Source of the DNA: Epiperipatus broadwayi
Taxonomy: Eukaryota; Animalia; Onychophora
Length of the DNA stretch: 64,000 bases
NCBI GenBank assembly: GCA_028023455.1
Contig: JAQFVV010000009.1
Span: 8,804,001-8,868,000 of the forward strand
Direction of reading: 5' to 3'
Numbering within the stretch: the first letter of the stretch is position 1; the number at the start of each line of letters is the position of its first letter. Under the pieces are notes generated by a model. That model searched no databases. It saw only the letters and a program-made list of their open reading frames with translations, and was not told the DNA's origin. Position numbers and translations under genes: made by a program. Below, piece by piece: positions 13,431-27,300 of this stretch.

Positions 13431-15126
13431 GGTTGTGTTCTGATCCCTCGTGTCAGCTGCGGGATGGCGCTATTTCTAGCTTAATTTCTAGAAATATGCA
13501 ATTTCCGCGGCCGCACTCAAGCCTTTAAGCCTTATTTCTACATTAAATCCTAGAAAGACTGTGAGTTAAGTCTTATTTCTACGCTAAAATATAGAAAGAG
13601 TGTTAACTCTGAGTTAAGCCTTTTTCTACGATAAAACCTAGAAAGAGTGTTAACTCAGCTTAGCGGCTAGCACTGTGGCTTTTTCATATGTTAAAAGCAA
13701 AGGAAAATGCCGTAGTTGTTTGTGTTACGTACTATATCATAATGCTGTGTTATGTATTTTATGTAACAATATCGTAAGAGGGTATGTTAATTTCATTGTG
13801 TCAAAATTATTTAAATTTTCATTGGAGCCTTTTTTTTTTAATATGAATTGATGTACTGTTACCTTTTAACAATTTTAACATTGTCGTGATTGTTCCTCAT
13901 AAAGCTATAAGCCTCCTAAATTCTCTATTAGGGTGGGGTAGCGCAATTTTTTTGACGATCATGCTTTAAGTCACGTTTTAGCAAGTAATTTTTCGAGACC
14001 AAGAATATGGCTAATTTGAACACAGAAAACTTGGAAAATATGGGAATTGCCAGACATGGAAGCCGGCGCTGTAACATTTCTACAGCAGAAAAACATCCCG
14101 CTGAAAGAAAAGATATGATTGTGTGGCAGATATATGCGACTTGAGATTTTCATTTGTAAGTGTCGTTGTTGCCGATGGAAATGTTCACTTCGTAAAGGGC
14201 AGCTTATTTGAGGGATTCCAAATGGCCTTCGTCAAATATAAAATAAAAGTAACTTAAATTTTTATTTAAACATACATCCCTTCTCCCAATAATTGTTGTC
14301 AATCAAATGTAAAATAAAAGTAACTAAAATTTTTATTTAAACATACACAAAAAAACCTCTTCTCCCAATAATTGTTGTTGGCAATCAAATGTAAAATAAA
14401 AGTAACGTATATTATTATTTAATCATACACAAAAATACCCCTCTCACTAATTGTTGTCAATCAAATGTAAACCAATAAAGGTATGGTAAATTATTATTTA
14501 AACATAACCCAAATTACTATTTAAACATACACCAAAAAAGACCCTCTTGTTAATAAAAATTAAAGAAACAACTATTATTGTCCCATTGTCAAAAATATTA
14601 TTTGGGAAAAAAATAATTTATAAACGAAGAAAAGAAAGTAAAATTAGTTGTCAATCAAATATAAAATAAAAGTTCCCCCAATAATTGTTGTTGGCAATCA
14701 AATGTAAAATAAAAGTAATGAAAATTATTATTTAATCATACACAAAAACACCCCACCCACTAGTTGTTGGCAATCAAATGTAAACCAATTAAAGTAACGT
14801 AAATTATTATTTAAAGATACATAAAAAAAATCCCGTTCTCTTTCGAATTTTGTCAATCAAATTTTAAAAAACAGTAATACTATTTAAAATACCCAAATTA
14901 CTATTTGAACATACACCAAAAAAAGACCCTCTTGTCAATAAAAATTAAAAAAAAAACAACTATTATTGTCTCAAATAATTTATAAACGAAAGAATGTAAA
15001 ATTTGTAAACAAAAAATAAAAAATCAATATTAATAGAGAATCGCTAGCCCAGAAACGTTATATTAATGTGTTTTTTGTTAGCAACAACACCATCAGGTGG
15101 CTTACACAATGGATCAGAACACAACC
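13431..15126 (+). mobile_element. Non-autonomous Merlin DNA transposon with intact ends
   Basis: Perfect 16-bp TIR GGTTGTGTTCTGATCC, extending imperfectly to about 50 bp. Perfect 8-bp TSD GTTTAGAT (13423-13430 and 15127-15134). At about 14056-14200 it encodes a Merlin-like N-terminal Zn-finger remnant (MEAGAVTFLQQKNI..*LCGRYMRL..CKCRCCRWKCSLRKG). About 70-bp subterminal repeats (tgtcaatcaaatgtaaaataaaagtaac) lie at 14240-14860. Confidence 0.9.
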
Positions 15127-15889
15127 GTTTAGATTTTAGTATAGAAATTTAGTATAAATAAATAAAAACTTAAATCATTTAATAATTTCTGTGTAGTTTT
15201 ATTGTATGTTGTTCATTTCGTTTAAACTAATAATTACATACTTTCTTTGTTATTTATATGTACAAAAGTACTTTTTTTAATCTTGGCACTTTGTGTGATA
15301 ATAGAAAATGTAAATTACAAATTGATATGATTTTATTAATTGGATGAATGTTGATAAAAATCTTAAACTGAGGTTGTTGGGCACATTAAAATATCTTATA
15401 GGCTATGATGCATGACTAAAAAGTTTTATATAATTTTCCAACATTATTTAAAATGATTGTTTTTAAATATATTTTGTTTCCAATAATATACATGTTTTAT
15501 TTCATTGAGATTTACGAAGAGAATGGAAAATTGTTAACATTTTATGTATATATATATATATAAGAACTTTATGTTATTTATGATTCTTAAATACTTAGAA
15601 TATCATAATTTGTATTGAATACAGAAGTAGAATAGAATAGTTCCTCTATATTTGTGATATTTAGTTCTGATCCTAGAAACAAATCCTGAAATTTATGGAT
15701 AATAGCAAAGTATATTTAACATGTATTGTGATATACACATATCATTTATTATCCCCCTATAGTTTATAAGTAAATAAATAAAGAAAACAATTAAAAATCT
15801 TGTGTTTTGTAAATAGTTTGAGTAAATCAGGAGTGAATGAACAATTTACTTATTAAAATTTAAAAGTAAAAATTTTTATTAAATTATAT

Positions 15890-17035
15890 CGAATGATAAC
15901 AATGATTTTATTAAAGTTAAAGAAGGAGAATCGCACGTTCATGAGCTAATAATAATAATAAAGACTTGTTGGTTACTAGATGACAGGAACAAGATCAGCA
16001 GGAATACACACTTTTTCATCTTTAAAATTTGTGTTTTCGTAGATTTTACCAATAGATTCTGGATATATAGCAAAGAAATATTGTGTTGTCATTAGAAAGT
16101 CATGCGGGAGAAGAGCATGAACTTTCCTTTTTTAATATTCTTATGAACAAAACAATGAATATCAAATGCTATGCTAACTTTTTTAAAGCTATCAAACCGT
16201 TAGATTTGTCATGGATCATAATATCGGTAAAAGAAATAATTGGATCTTTTAATGACTAAATGTTTATGGAACTCTATATTTGTGCTTGCTATCTTGGAGA
16301 TGCCAAAGACAATGCTGCAGGATAATGAAGTTTAAACTGAGATTATATGCTGTGCCGCGACATTTTGTCATGATCGAATTTGAATACTACTTATCCCCAA
16401 AAATTACAACCCAAAATCACCGAACAAGGGCGCTACTAGAAATAACCTAGAACCAGACTGGGATACGCTCAACAATCATGGTGTTTTTATTTATATACGA
16501 ATGGAATATATCAAGGACATGATCGGACTAACAAAAAAATTAAATAAGACTTAAAATTTTAAATAACAGAATTAAACAAACAGCAGATTTATTTTTGAAT
16601 GATGACTTATTTATTCGTATAACTATTATAATTATACCCAAGTTTTTCTTTTTCCAATTCTTATTCCCATTTCAACCCTCTTTCACTTCCCATTCTGTCA
16701 ATCTTATTGCTAGTTTAACATATCATTCTCGAAGTAACACACGCCTTCACTTAATACAACCGTATTGACAATCCTAATACGGAGAATAAAATCAAGGAAT
16801 ATTCTTAAAGGCGACTTACTATTAGAATATGTTTAATAACACATCCAAATCCTCTCCTGCAAACGTTAAACCCGATTTTGAAACTGCTACACTTTCCAAT
16901 TTTTTTTTTTTTTATTAATCTATTTCTGGCTATATATCTTTACTGTTAGTCTAGATAAGAAAAGCAAACATACTAAAATATATTAATTATTTGCATTAAC
17001 ATAAGATAAGTAATCAAAAAAAAAAAATTTAAACA
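15890..17035 (-). mobile_element. Candidate 3' LTR of the Gypsy element
   Basis: It lies immediately downstream of the PPT-like tract, starts with TG on the minus strand and is richer in CpG than its flanks. No matching 5' LTR was found, so the boundaries are tentative. Confidence 0.35.
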
Positions 17036-20000
17036 TCCCCTTCTATTGTTGAAACAGGTTTTTTTTTCATTTCACCACTATTGCGCTATTATAGTTTATG
17101 TATCATATCAAGAATACTGCTTGTAAATAAAAAAAACAAAAAGTCTTTGATCGTTCAGTGTATTGGTTTCTTTCGTGGTAATAAGATTTCCTTCATCCAA
17201 AGATTGTCTGTTATTTCCATTCTAGTCTTATGTACTCAGCTAGCTCTACAAGTACTCCTTTTTTGACTCGTCATTTCCATGGCAGTGTCCGGCGGAGACT
17301 TTTCCAATGGGAAAAGTTTTGTGGTCTATTAGCCACTCAGCATATTCTCAGCACTTTCTAAAATATAATTTAAATTTTATTTAGCTTTTGCAGTCCTGGT
17401 TACCGAATTGAACTCGGGCAATTGGTTACAACTGGTAGCCAAAATATCACTAATTTTGAACAAAAGGTAATCCCGCAATTTATAGTCTTTTTTTTTCTCT
17501 CTCTCAAAGTCTGTATTCACACTTTTAATCTCATGCCAATATTCCAAGTTGGTGAGCGCAATAGATAACAAAATACCTTCCATAATTAAAGTTTCAACAA
17601 TAGAACTAATTAGAAAAAGAAAAATTATATATTTTTTTTCTCTTTTCATTTCCTAGAATTAGAAACGAAAACTTTTCTAAGAAAACCTTTTAAATTCCAC
17701 CTAATCTATATTTTAATATCATTCAATTTAAAAAAATGTTGATTTATATATAAAAACTTTTATTTTAAAATCGTATTTAAAATAAAATATTTTTTTTTAT
17801 TTTAACAATAATATATACATTTTTTTTTTGTTTTTTTTTTTAAAAAATAAAAAAGTATATGTGTATATCTATATGAGCTGGCCAAAAAATACCAGCTCAT
17901 TGCACCCTTTCCTGGAAACAAAAAAATAATAATAATAAAAAACTAATTACTCCATGGGATCTTTTCCCCATTTTTTTTAAAGGGTTTTAGGTTTCATGCA
18001 TTATAAGTCTTTTTATTTCTTTTTCCATGTACTATAAATGTGTTAGGTCCGCACTTTTGGATGATCCAGGAAAAAACTTTATATTGTTTATTACTTAATT
18101 TGCCAACTGGCTGAGTTTTAATATAAGACCAGTCTTCTACCATAAATTGTATTGGGTGAGCATTCCCCTTTATTCTCTGTTCAGTTTTCTTCAATCTGTC
18201 TCTAGAAAAGCTACGATCCTCCACTACGTTTACAATTTCATTCCCAGTAGGTATGGGGCACTTGAAAAGAGAAGGCTCAACTTGACTGTAGTGCAAACAT
18301 TCTGGAGCTAACCCTGTAGATTTGTGGTATGTATAGTTAATTATTTTAACCATTTGTGGCAATACTTTAAACCATTGTTGACGGTTACCTTTTAAATGTG
18401 CGCGAAATAAGCTCCCCAATTCTTTCATAACCCGTTCGCATGGGTTAGGCTGGGGAATACGGATAGAGGTGAGAACATGATATATCTGTTCTTGCTGAAG
18501 CCAATTTTTCTATTCTTTTGATATAAAAGGAGGCCCATGATCGTTCAAAATTGTCTGGGGTTTTCCAACTTGAATAAATTGGTTTTTTTTTTAGCACAGT
18601 TATGGAAGATTTGGGTCAGCCTTTCGTAAGGGGTAAGCCTGTACTAATTTCGACAAAACATCATAGGTTACTAATATGTAATTATGTTTATGAAACGACG
18701 GTAATGGACCGTAAAAATCTACGGCTAGTAGTGTCCCAGCATAATTTTTATTGGCTAGTTTATTTTGTCGACATTCATGACACCTCTGTAACGTAGCAAC
18801 TACTGATCTATACAAACTTGGCCAATAATACCATCTCTAGAAGTTTACTTGTTTTAAGTGATCCATAATGCCCATATATCCTATGCACCTAAATTATTAG
18901 TTTTTCTCTTTAATTTCACGGTATAAATACTTTCCAACAACTCATTTATTATTTTATACCAATATAATTTGTTTTTTTTTCACGTGCGGCTTTCTGGTTG
19001 TCTGACATTTGCTTTATTACATCCTTGTATTAGTCTCTTACATATAGTATCCGAGTTTTATAAAAACCTGAGTCTCTGCTTATCTTTATCAATACCTCAG
19101 AATCGATCTTAAGTGTTATTAATCAAGCCCTCTGTGATCCGAAATCGATTTCTGCTTAATATTTTCTTTCCCGGAGCAATGAATTATCCTGTAATTAAAT
19201 TTCTGTAAGTACAATGCCCATCTTATAAGCCTATCATTGGTTAAATAACACCTATTTATAAACTCTAAACTTTTATAATTGGTAATAATAATAACCTCAG
19301 ATCCTAGAAGTAAATGTTTAAGTTTATTTAATGCCCAAACAATTGCCAATGCCTCCTTTTCCGTAGCAGTATAATTTCTTTCCGCTGGATTTAATGTTTT
19401 ACTTAAAAAGTATAAAACTCTAGATATCTCCTCTTTATTCTTCTGAAATAATACCGCCCCCAATCCTACACTACTGTCAATTTGTAACAGAAAAGGTTTG
19501 GCAAAGTGAGTGTTACAGTACCTACATAATTTTCTTTGATCTGATTAAATGCTTGCTCTTGTTTTCCGTCCACTCCCACTTGCTCTTTTTTCTCAGCAGA
19601 CACACAAGCACTTCCATATCTGTAGAAAAATATTTGTAGAACCTTTGGTAGAAATTACATATATGAAGGAACAACCTAATCTGTTTTCTATTCTTTGGCC
19701 GACCAAATTTAACTATCACTTCTCTTGTCAGAATGGGGTCTCACTCCTTTAGCCCATACGAGACAACTGACAAATATAATTTCTTTCTGTAGTATAATAC
19801 TTATGATTTATTGTAATATTCTTTTCGTGACACTCCCGAAAGAATACAACTAAGTTTTCCAAATGTTCCTGAAGCGCGAATTCTTTTGCCTTCTGAGAAA
19901 GTACCTGGTCCAAACATCGCACTAGCCCTGATCCACTGTTAACTAGTCCAAACGGAACTCGTTGAAACACATAATTAAAGCCTTCATAATGGAATGCTAT

Positions 20001-21400
20001 GTATTTTTGATCCTCAGCATGAAACGACATCTGGCAGTAACTTGATGTCAAATCGAATGATGAAAAATATTTTTTTCCCTAAATTCCAACAGCAAATCTG
20101 TAATTTGTGGCGGCACATCTTGATCAGGTATAGTAATAGTATTTAACTGACGAACATATAAGCATACTCATAGAGGTGTCTTTTTTTTATAATTATTAAA
20201 GGGTTTATATATAGTGACTTGTTTTTTTATGATACCTGTTGTTCCATTTGTTGTATTTGTTTATCAACTTTATATTTGACAGGAAGTGGATACGACCTAT
20301 CCTAAAAATAAGTTTCTTTCACCGTTATCCTATAAACATATTCCTTTATAATTCCAGGTTTTATGACTAATACTCGTTCATTTTGCAAAATTGTCTCTCT
20401 AGGTTGACTTTGCCAGATCCTATTATTACTTTCTATCTCAGTTATTTTTTGTTCAATTTCTTGGTATATGTTGTCAGTTACCATATAAGCTACCTTGTTA
20501 TCACTGTCTGTTATACCCACTAAGTAGTACCTTTTCATTTCCTTATCACTATATTCTTTTCGCTATAATTAAATTTTTGTCCCAGTTCGGTGCATAAAAT
20601 TCGACCCCAATATAAGATCTACCAAGCCTGACATTGATAATGTATACTGTATTGTTTTTCTTCTCACTTGCATTTCCCCGTATATCTGTATAGGGTCCAA
20701 CTTAACTCTTTTACCATTAGCCATGGCTACTTCAGACTTTCTTAATGATAACAACTGTATTTCCCTCTTCTGACCTCTGATTTGATCTAATATTTTGTTT
20801 GAGATTATAGAGACTTTGACTTCCCATGTCTAGTAGAGTCTGGATCACCATCGTTTGTATTTTTTCTTCCTCAATGACTACATTTAACAGCTTAGGTAGT
20901 TCTTGTTTCTCTTCTTTCTGTATGTTTTCTTCATCTCTAAGAACTTACAATATGTCTTCCACTCCCATATCTACAGACAGCTAATCTCGTACATTTTTCA
21001 GCGTATTTTTTTTTTATAATACTTATAATCGGCCGTTCAGGAATAGGATATTTTATCATCCTCAATTTCACCATTTGCTTTTAAAAAAACTATATCGTAT
21101 CCCTTCTTTTTTATATCTTTCTAATTCTACTCCTCTTCGTATCTTTTCTTGTCTCTTTACTTTCCAAAACATTTGTATTTATTTTTGTACTGTTTAAAAT
21201 TGTCCCATCTTTTCTGTATTATTATCTACCAATCTGCCAAATGATTACGTGCTATGATTATTTTTTCTTCTTCCGTTGCCTTGTACATACAAAAGCACTT
21301 CTAAACTTTCTAAGTGTCAAATAATAGGGTCTCTTTATCTTCTCTGAACATTTTTATCTTAATTCTATCTTGCATTTTATCTAAAATATTTTAAAATTAC
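17036..21400 (-). mobile_element. Decayed Ty3/Gypsy LTR retrotransposon internal region (gag remnant, protease, RT, RNase H, integrase)
   Basis: Fragments occur in Gypsy order: protease (VDLILGSNF, 20569-20754), RT (YVFQRVPFGLVNSG, 19749-20051), RNase H (GAVLFQ..SKTLNPAERNYTATEKEALAIVWAL, 19119-19463) and integrase (RCHECRQ, LAVDFYGPLP, INYTYHKSTGLAP, 17994-18815). There are many frameshifts. A PPT-like AGAAGGGGA followed by TG lies on the minus strand at about 17044-17034. Confidence 0.9.
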
Positions 21401-23959
21401 TTCCGAAACTCAAAAACCCTCCCCTAATGAGATACTAACTCCCCACTTTAACCACCCGAACCTGCCTTACTCCACTTTAATATATCAATGTAATGATATT
21501 TAAAAGTTCAAAAAGAAATATGCATATAGTTTGTTATTCTTGTAACTAAGATTATTCAAATAACTTTTTTTTAAAAAAATACTATAATTGAGTAATTTTT
21601 TGCTTTTTCAGTGTTATTTTTGGATCTATTAGCACTAAATAAATGTAAATATATAGTGTATAGAAAATAATATTCAGAAAACGGATATTTTTTAGTGAAT
21701 ATTTCAGATTTTATTTATATCTAAAGTGATTCCTTTCATTGGTATATTGATTATTTTGATACACTTAACTGTATTGTGTTTTATTTCAGAATTATGATAA
21801 TTTTACATTATATAAATTTTTTAATTCATCCTTCAACAGAGTATTTTCTTCCCCAGTTGCCAAACTTCCAAATAATTTTCAATTGGCATGCTTTGCACAA
21901 AGATTTATAAGCGAATTATGAGCTATTTTGTATGGCCCCACTCAACAGATTGTAGACTATGAAGCTAACTTATAAATTTTATTTTTTTCTATTTAGATGG
22001 TGAATATATATGAATAATATTTTATATAAAATATGAACTGAGAATTTTTTGAATATGCTTTGCAAAATATTACTTATTGATCTAGGTTTAACACTGATAG
22101 TTCATTATTCTTCCCAGATTATTGATTTTGTTTGTTTAAAAAGATATAATAATCCAGTAATGCATTTATTCTCATATACTTCTCATTTTTAAAATATTAA
22201 ACTATTGATAACATAAATTAGTATTAAATATGTTTAGCAAATAATAGCTTAATATTAATATATATTGGATATATTTTTATAACACGTTCTGTGCACTAAT
22301 TTTAAAATTCTATATCTATGCATTTATCATTTAATCATTAAATTTTTTTATTTTTTATGTTTAGTTCCTATTAACTATGTAAACATTACAAAAATACTTA
22401 TAAAAATTTAATACTAATTTAAAGTTGGACATTTTTAATAACTTTATTAAATTACTCATAAAAACTTATAATTGAAAAAGATATTCACTATGATAGAGTT
22501 ATCTTGCCATCAGTAATCAAAAACTTTAAATGCTTGTGTATTTCATTTTAGCTCCAACTTATTCCTGACTTTGTAAGTTACCATTCCTTTCCTTAGCAAA
22601 GTTTTTCAATAAATATGGCATGCAATAATTTGTCAAATGTTTAATAAAAATATTGACTAATTGAAATTTGAAAATGTAAATACATATCATTAACTTTGTA
22701 TATGCATATATATATATGGGCAATTAGTTTGTTCAAACTGTTAACTTTTTTTTTTTTTTTAAAAAAAAAAAAAAGAAGATTCTATTAATATTCATTTGAA
22801 AAATAATCTGGAAATAATAATTCATCAAAGACTTTAAAATTTTTCAAATAATTCCTCTGAATATTTGCCATAATTCATGACTACTAATGATTATGAATTT
22901 TCTTTACTACTAGTTAATTAAGAGGTGAAGAGCTCTTTGAAAAATATAAAATTCATGAATCATTTATAATTACAGAATTATGTATCAAACTCGTATAGTT
23001 CATACTATGTTTATGCCATTTTGAAACAGGCAATATAAATCTTGTTTTGAATAAAGACAACAATTTAATCTGGTGAGTGTATTAGATAGTCTTCTTGACT
23101 TATTAGTCATTACAGTTTGTTTTTAGTTTTTAATTAAATAATGCGATATATATCTCAACTTGCAAACAAAAAAGATGTAAGTATTGAGTAAATAGATTTT
23201 GATTTTCATCCAGTGACATATGTATGCAATCTTGCCAAGCAATCAAAGATTTATAAAATTAGCTTATAATCAATCTTTTACTTAATTAGATGAATAATTG
23301 GTATTAGAATTTTCCAGCCATCATCTGGTCTAAAATCTGCCTCTCAGTAGAAGATCAATAATCTGATGTAAAAGGGTTTCTTCCATTATAACGTTAAAAC
23401 TATCTGCATAAGAAATGCTATTTGCCTAGTAGTCAATTTTAGAATTCTGGCTTTCACAGTCATATTTAGTATTTATTACAATGATAAATATTTAATAAGA
23501 ATGATCATAATAATAGATTGTATTATGATCCCTGAGGTTAATTATAAAATGTGTAAATCATTAGTACTCACTAAAATTTTTATGAAAGTCAATTTTTGAT
23601 AACAAATAAAAAATGTTGCATATGTGTGAGGATTCATGTAATAAGTAATATGCCTTTTAGATTTTCATGCTATGTATATAGATTTTTTGATTTTTTTAAG
23701 AAATGATGTACTACAGGTTTAATTGTGAAATTAACAATAAATGTTATGAATTAATTGTAATTATGAAATTAAAGTCACTCTTAAAATTACATTCAAATAT
23801 ATTTTTTATTAAACTATATATTTACTAACAACTTTTTTCAAGTTTAACAAAAGATCTGTAACATGGATGGAATATGTCAATTATTAATATACAGTCAAGT
23901 TACATGGATTCTTTTGATAGTGAATGGAAGAAAATTTTTTACATTTGTATATCAATATG

Positions 23960-24345
23960 TGTTGCCTATATATTTAGGAGGCCCATTCAAAATATGATTA
24001 TGTGTGAAGTATTTAAAAAAATTTTTAGGTCAATTTATTTCACTCTGAAATAGAAATCACTATAATTGCCAATTGCCTACCACAAGATTTTAATTAATAT
24101 CTTGATCCTATTTTTTTTTTTACTTGTTTTGTTAAAAAGTAATGAAGGATTATCAGAATATAGTTAATACAAATATTTATCACGGTAAACTTCAATAACA
24201 ATTTTAACTTGCATCTCACTGTATTTGAAATCACTAATAGAAAAGAACAAAATGAAAACATTAATTTTAGGGGAATTATTTTATTGAAATAACATTATTT
24301 ACTTGCACCTTAATGAACGATTAATTCATGTTACATTTTATATAT
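23960..24345. repeat. Unclassified ~400-bp interspersed repeat, copy 1
   Basis: Colinear similarity to 32545-32895 (attcaaaatatgatt...cttcaataacaattttaactt...gtatttgaaatcactaatagaa...ttatttacttgcac). Confidence 0.75.
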
Positions 24346-27300
24346 AATCTACATATATGTATTGAAACAGTAAGATTCGTTTTCGAATCTTAAGTTTCAT
24401 CTTTTTTTCTATCGTCTCTCACTCACCATTCTATCCTACCCAAATTTAAACTTTTTGGTATCGAATTGTGTGTGTAGCAATATTAAAAATGTAATAGATA
24501 TATGTAGAATTGACTATAAACGCACATTTCGATCTCAAATTTAAGGCAATAAATAAAGATAAATAATATAATTTAGATTTCTTTTTTTAATTATATAAAA
24601 ATATATAATTTTAACCATTTATTTTGAATTGTAAAATTCGTTATTTGTTGCTTTCTTTAAATTTCATTTAGTAATAATTTTAGAAATAGATTGTAATATT
24701 TAATTAAAAGTAAAAATAATCATATGTTCCCTTTTGTATTTGAAATTTTAAAAGCAACGGTCGGTGAGAGATAATAGATTAATTAAAAAGAAAACTTCCC
24801 TAAAATGTAATTATAAAATAAAAATATAAATGTAAACAATAGAAAGGCAGCTTTCTCTATAATTAAACTTAACAAAAATGCATTGATTATCCTCAGGGCA
24901 GATTAAGTGGAATCCAAAAATAAACTATAACAAAATTGTAAAAGATCTAAGAAGGGAGGCCATTTTAAAACTTGCTAGGAACTTTCAGTTGAACTTTATT
25001 TAGCTTTGCTCTCGATCAGTTGAGAGTCTCAAAGATATATATTGTTTTACGTGCCACAGTATGCGTGAGTAGAAAGCGCCAAAGACTATTCTCCCCGGAG
25101 ATGTCGATTGTTTGCCGAGAACCTACACCCGTGCCCTCCATAAAATCAATTAAAGAAGATCTGCCCCGGACAATTAGAAAACGGCTGCTGCTATTCAAAT
25201 AACTAAACACTGGAAAGAACTGCTAATGCTAGAATCATGAACAATTTGCTACTGATCACTGAATCGGAAAACTCCTCATAAAACAGGTACTCTACTAATA
25301 TCCCGCTATAGCTCATTCATCTTTTTATAATTTATAAACTGTAAATTCTCATTTGTAAAACTATAAATTTAATAATTAATATTATGTAAATTTCTTTAAC
25401 AATCTAGCCTGCCTAACTCCATCTTTCTTGGGTACATATTTCTAAAATCTACATTTTATTATATAATTATCGCATGCTCAGAATTTTCTAAGTATAAATC
25501 TATGATTGCTTGAAACAGTGGATGCGTGTCAAATTTTCAATAATATTTACTTTCATAAATAACTTAATATTTTCATATAAATTGACATGCATTCAATGCT
25601 TCATTTATTGTAATGCAGGAGTCTACTGCTTAGCAAATGGCTGACATATTAATTATAATACCCAATTTACATATTGTTTTATATTTTGTTAAATTTTAAT
25701 AATTCCATAAATCACATTTCTTTGAGAGTCGCAAACGTTCTTTATTAAATGTTGATAATGTAGGTCCGAGTCATTAAATATATTTAAATCTTAACAGAAT
25801 CGCCTGTACATTATACATGTGTTACGTTTTAGAGACGCGATGACCCATTACAAGCCTTGAATATTCCAGATTCTATAGGGTTGAAATTAACCCCAGTCCT
25901 ACACAAGCGGACATAATAAATGCTCCCGTAGGGCTTGACGAAAGTCACACAGCCAGCAGGCAATCGTAGCACGAACCACTTGCCCCTGGTTATGCTTATT
26001 TGATACCTTACCTCTTTGGCCCTACGGCAAACGCCAGCCCGTCATTCTTATAAACTCATTCACGGCTTTGCAGTTTCAATATACTGCCACTTCCTATCGC
26101 CTTTCTAAACGTACCACGTGTTTCTTTTATTAACTTATTATTTATGTATAACTCCGTCCCTGCATTAGTGACATAATTCACTCTCAAATAAATGTTTGCC
26201 CCTATTTATTAGTAAATATCTTTGATTAAATAAATATATGTCCGCCGCTACTATTATAAATCTTACTTGAGACTCTTGTATTGCAAAAGTATAAATCCCT
26301 AAAAACATGCCTTAGAAATACTTGCTCTGTTAGGTAGCTAGATTACGTCAGCTATGTAAATAAATGTATCTCTTTGATATCAACAGTATCGGAAAATTCC
26401 GTTACTAAATTTTAAATATTACCAAATATTATTAGTAAATGATTTATTATTAAAATGTTTCAATAAATGTCAAACTATACGTCTGCCGTTACTTCTTTAT
26501 TTATTTATTCGATACCCATTCCATATTACATTTCCTCGATTCTGTAAAGATAAATGTTTAAGATTAATGTTCTGATTGGCTAACTCGAAATAAAATTCTT
26601 GATTCTCTTGCATCTCCCTGATCATTGTGCCTAAAGAAATGTTTACTAACGTGGCATCAGGTGCATTGTTTCGTAGATTGTATTGTGGAACCGATAAACC
26701 ATGTTCGAACTCAGTACTATGGGTGGCTTCGCTACCTAGATGGTGCTGCTGTTCTGTGTGGTGGTCGGATTCTGCACTATGTTAACGAATCACACGTTTC
26801 TGACTTACAGTATGTGTGGGGGTATATTTAATATTGTATAATTATGGCTTTAGTTGTTTAAAACAATCAAATTAAATCCATGAGAGAAAAGGAGATAGCA
26901 GCAAGAAAGAAAATTATAAAAAGATTTTTTTTTTCTGTGAAAATAACATCTATAAGTTGTATTAAAGAGGAAACTGTTGGATACTTTTTATTTTTAAGAG
27001 AATCTACACATGAGCTGATAATCTACCTAGAAGAAACTTAGTTAGCTTATTCTATTTACTGAATTGTTCACATTCGTAAAACCAGTTAGAAAAATGAATA
27101 ATAAAAATGGATTGCTAGATCCAAACATTGTTTGTTTCCTAAGAGCCATGGATTTAAATTAAAATTATCTAATGAATCAAGTCAAGATTTCCAGCATGAT
27201 ACAATTTTGTTTTTGCCTTTATTATATTCAAATTAACATTTGAATTTGGAATTCCAGCATGAGACAATTTTGTTTTTGTCTTTATTAAAATATTCAAATT

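Noticed and set aside
21400-23500. 5' LTR of the 17-21 kb Gypsy element
   Set aside because: No match to the candidate 3' LTR was found; the region looks like an unrelated, very old LINE remnant.
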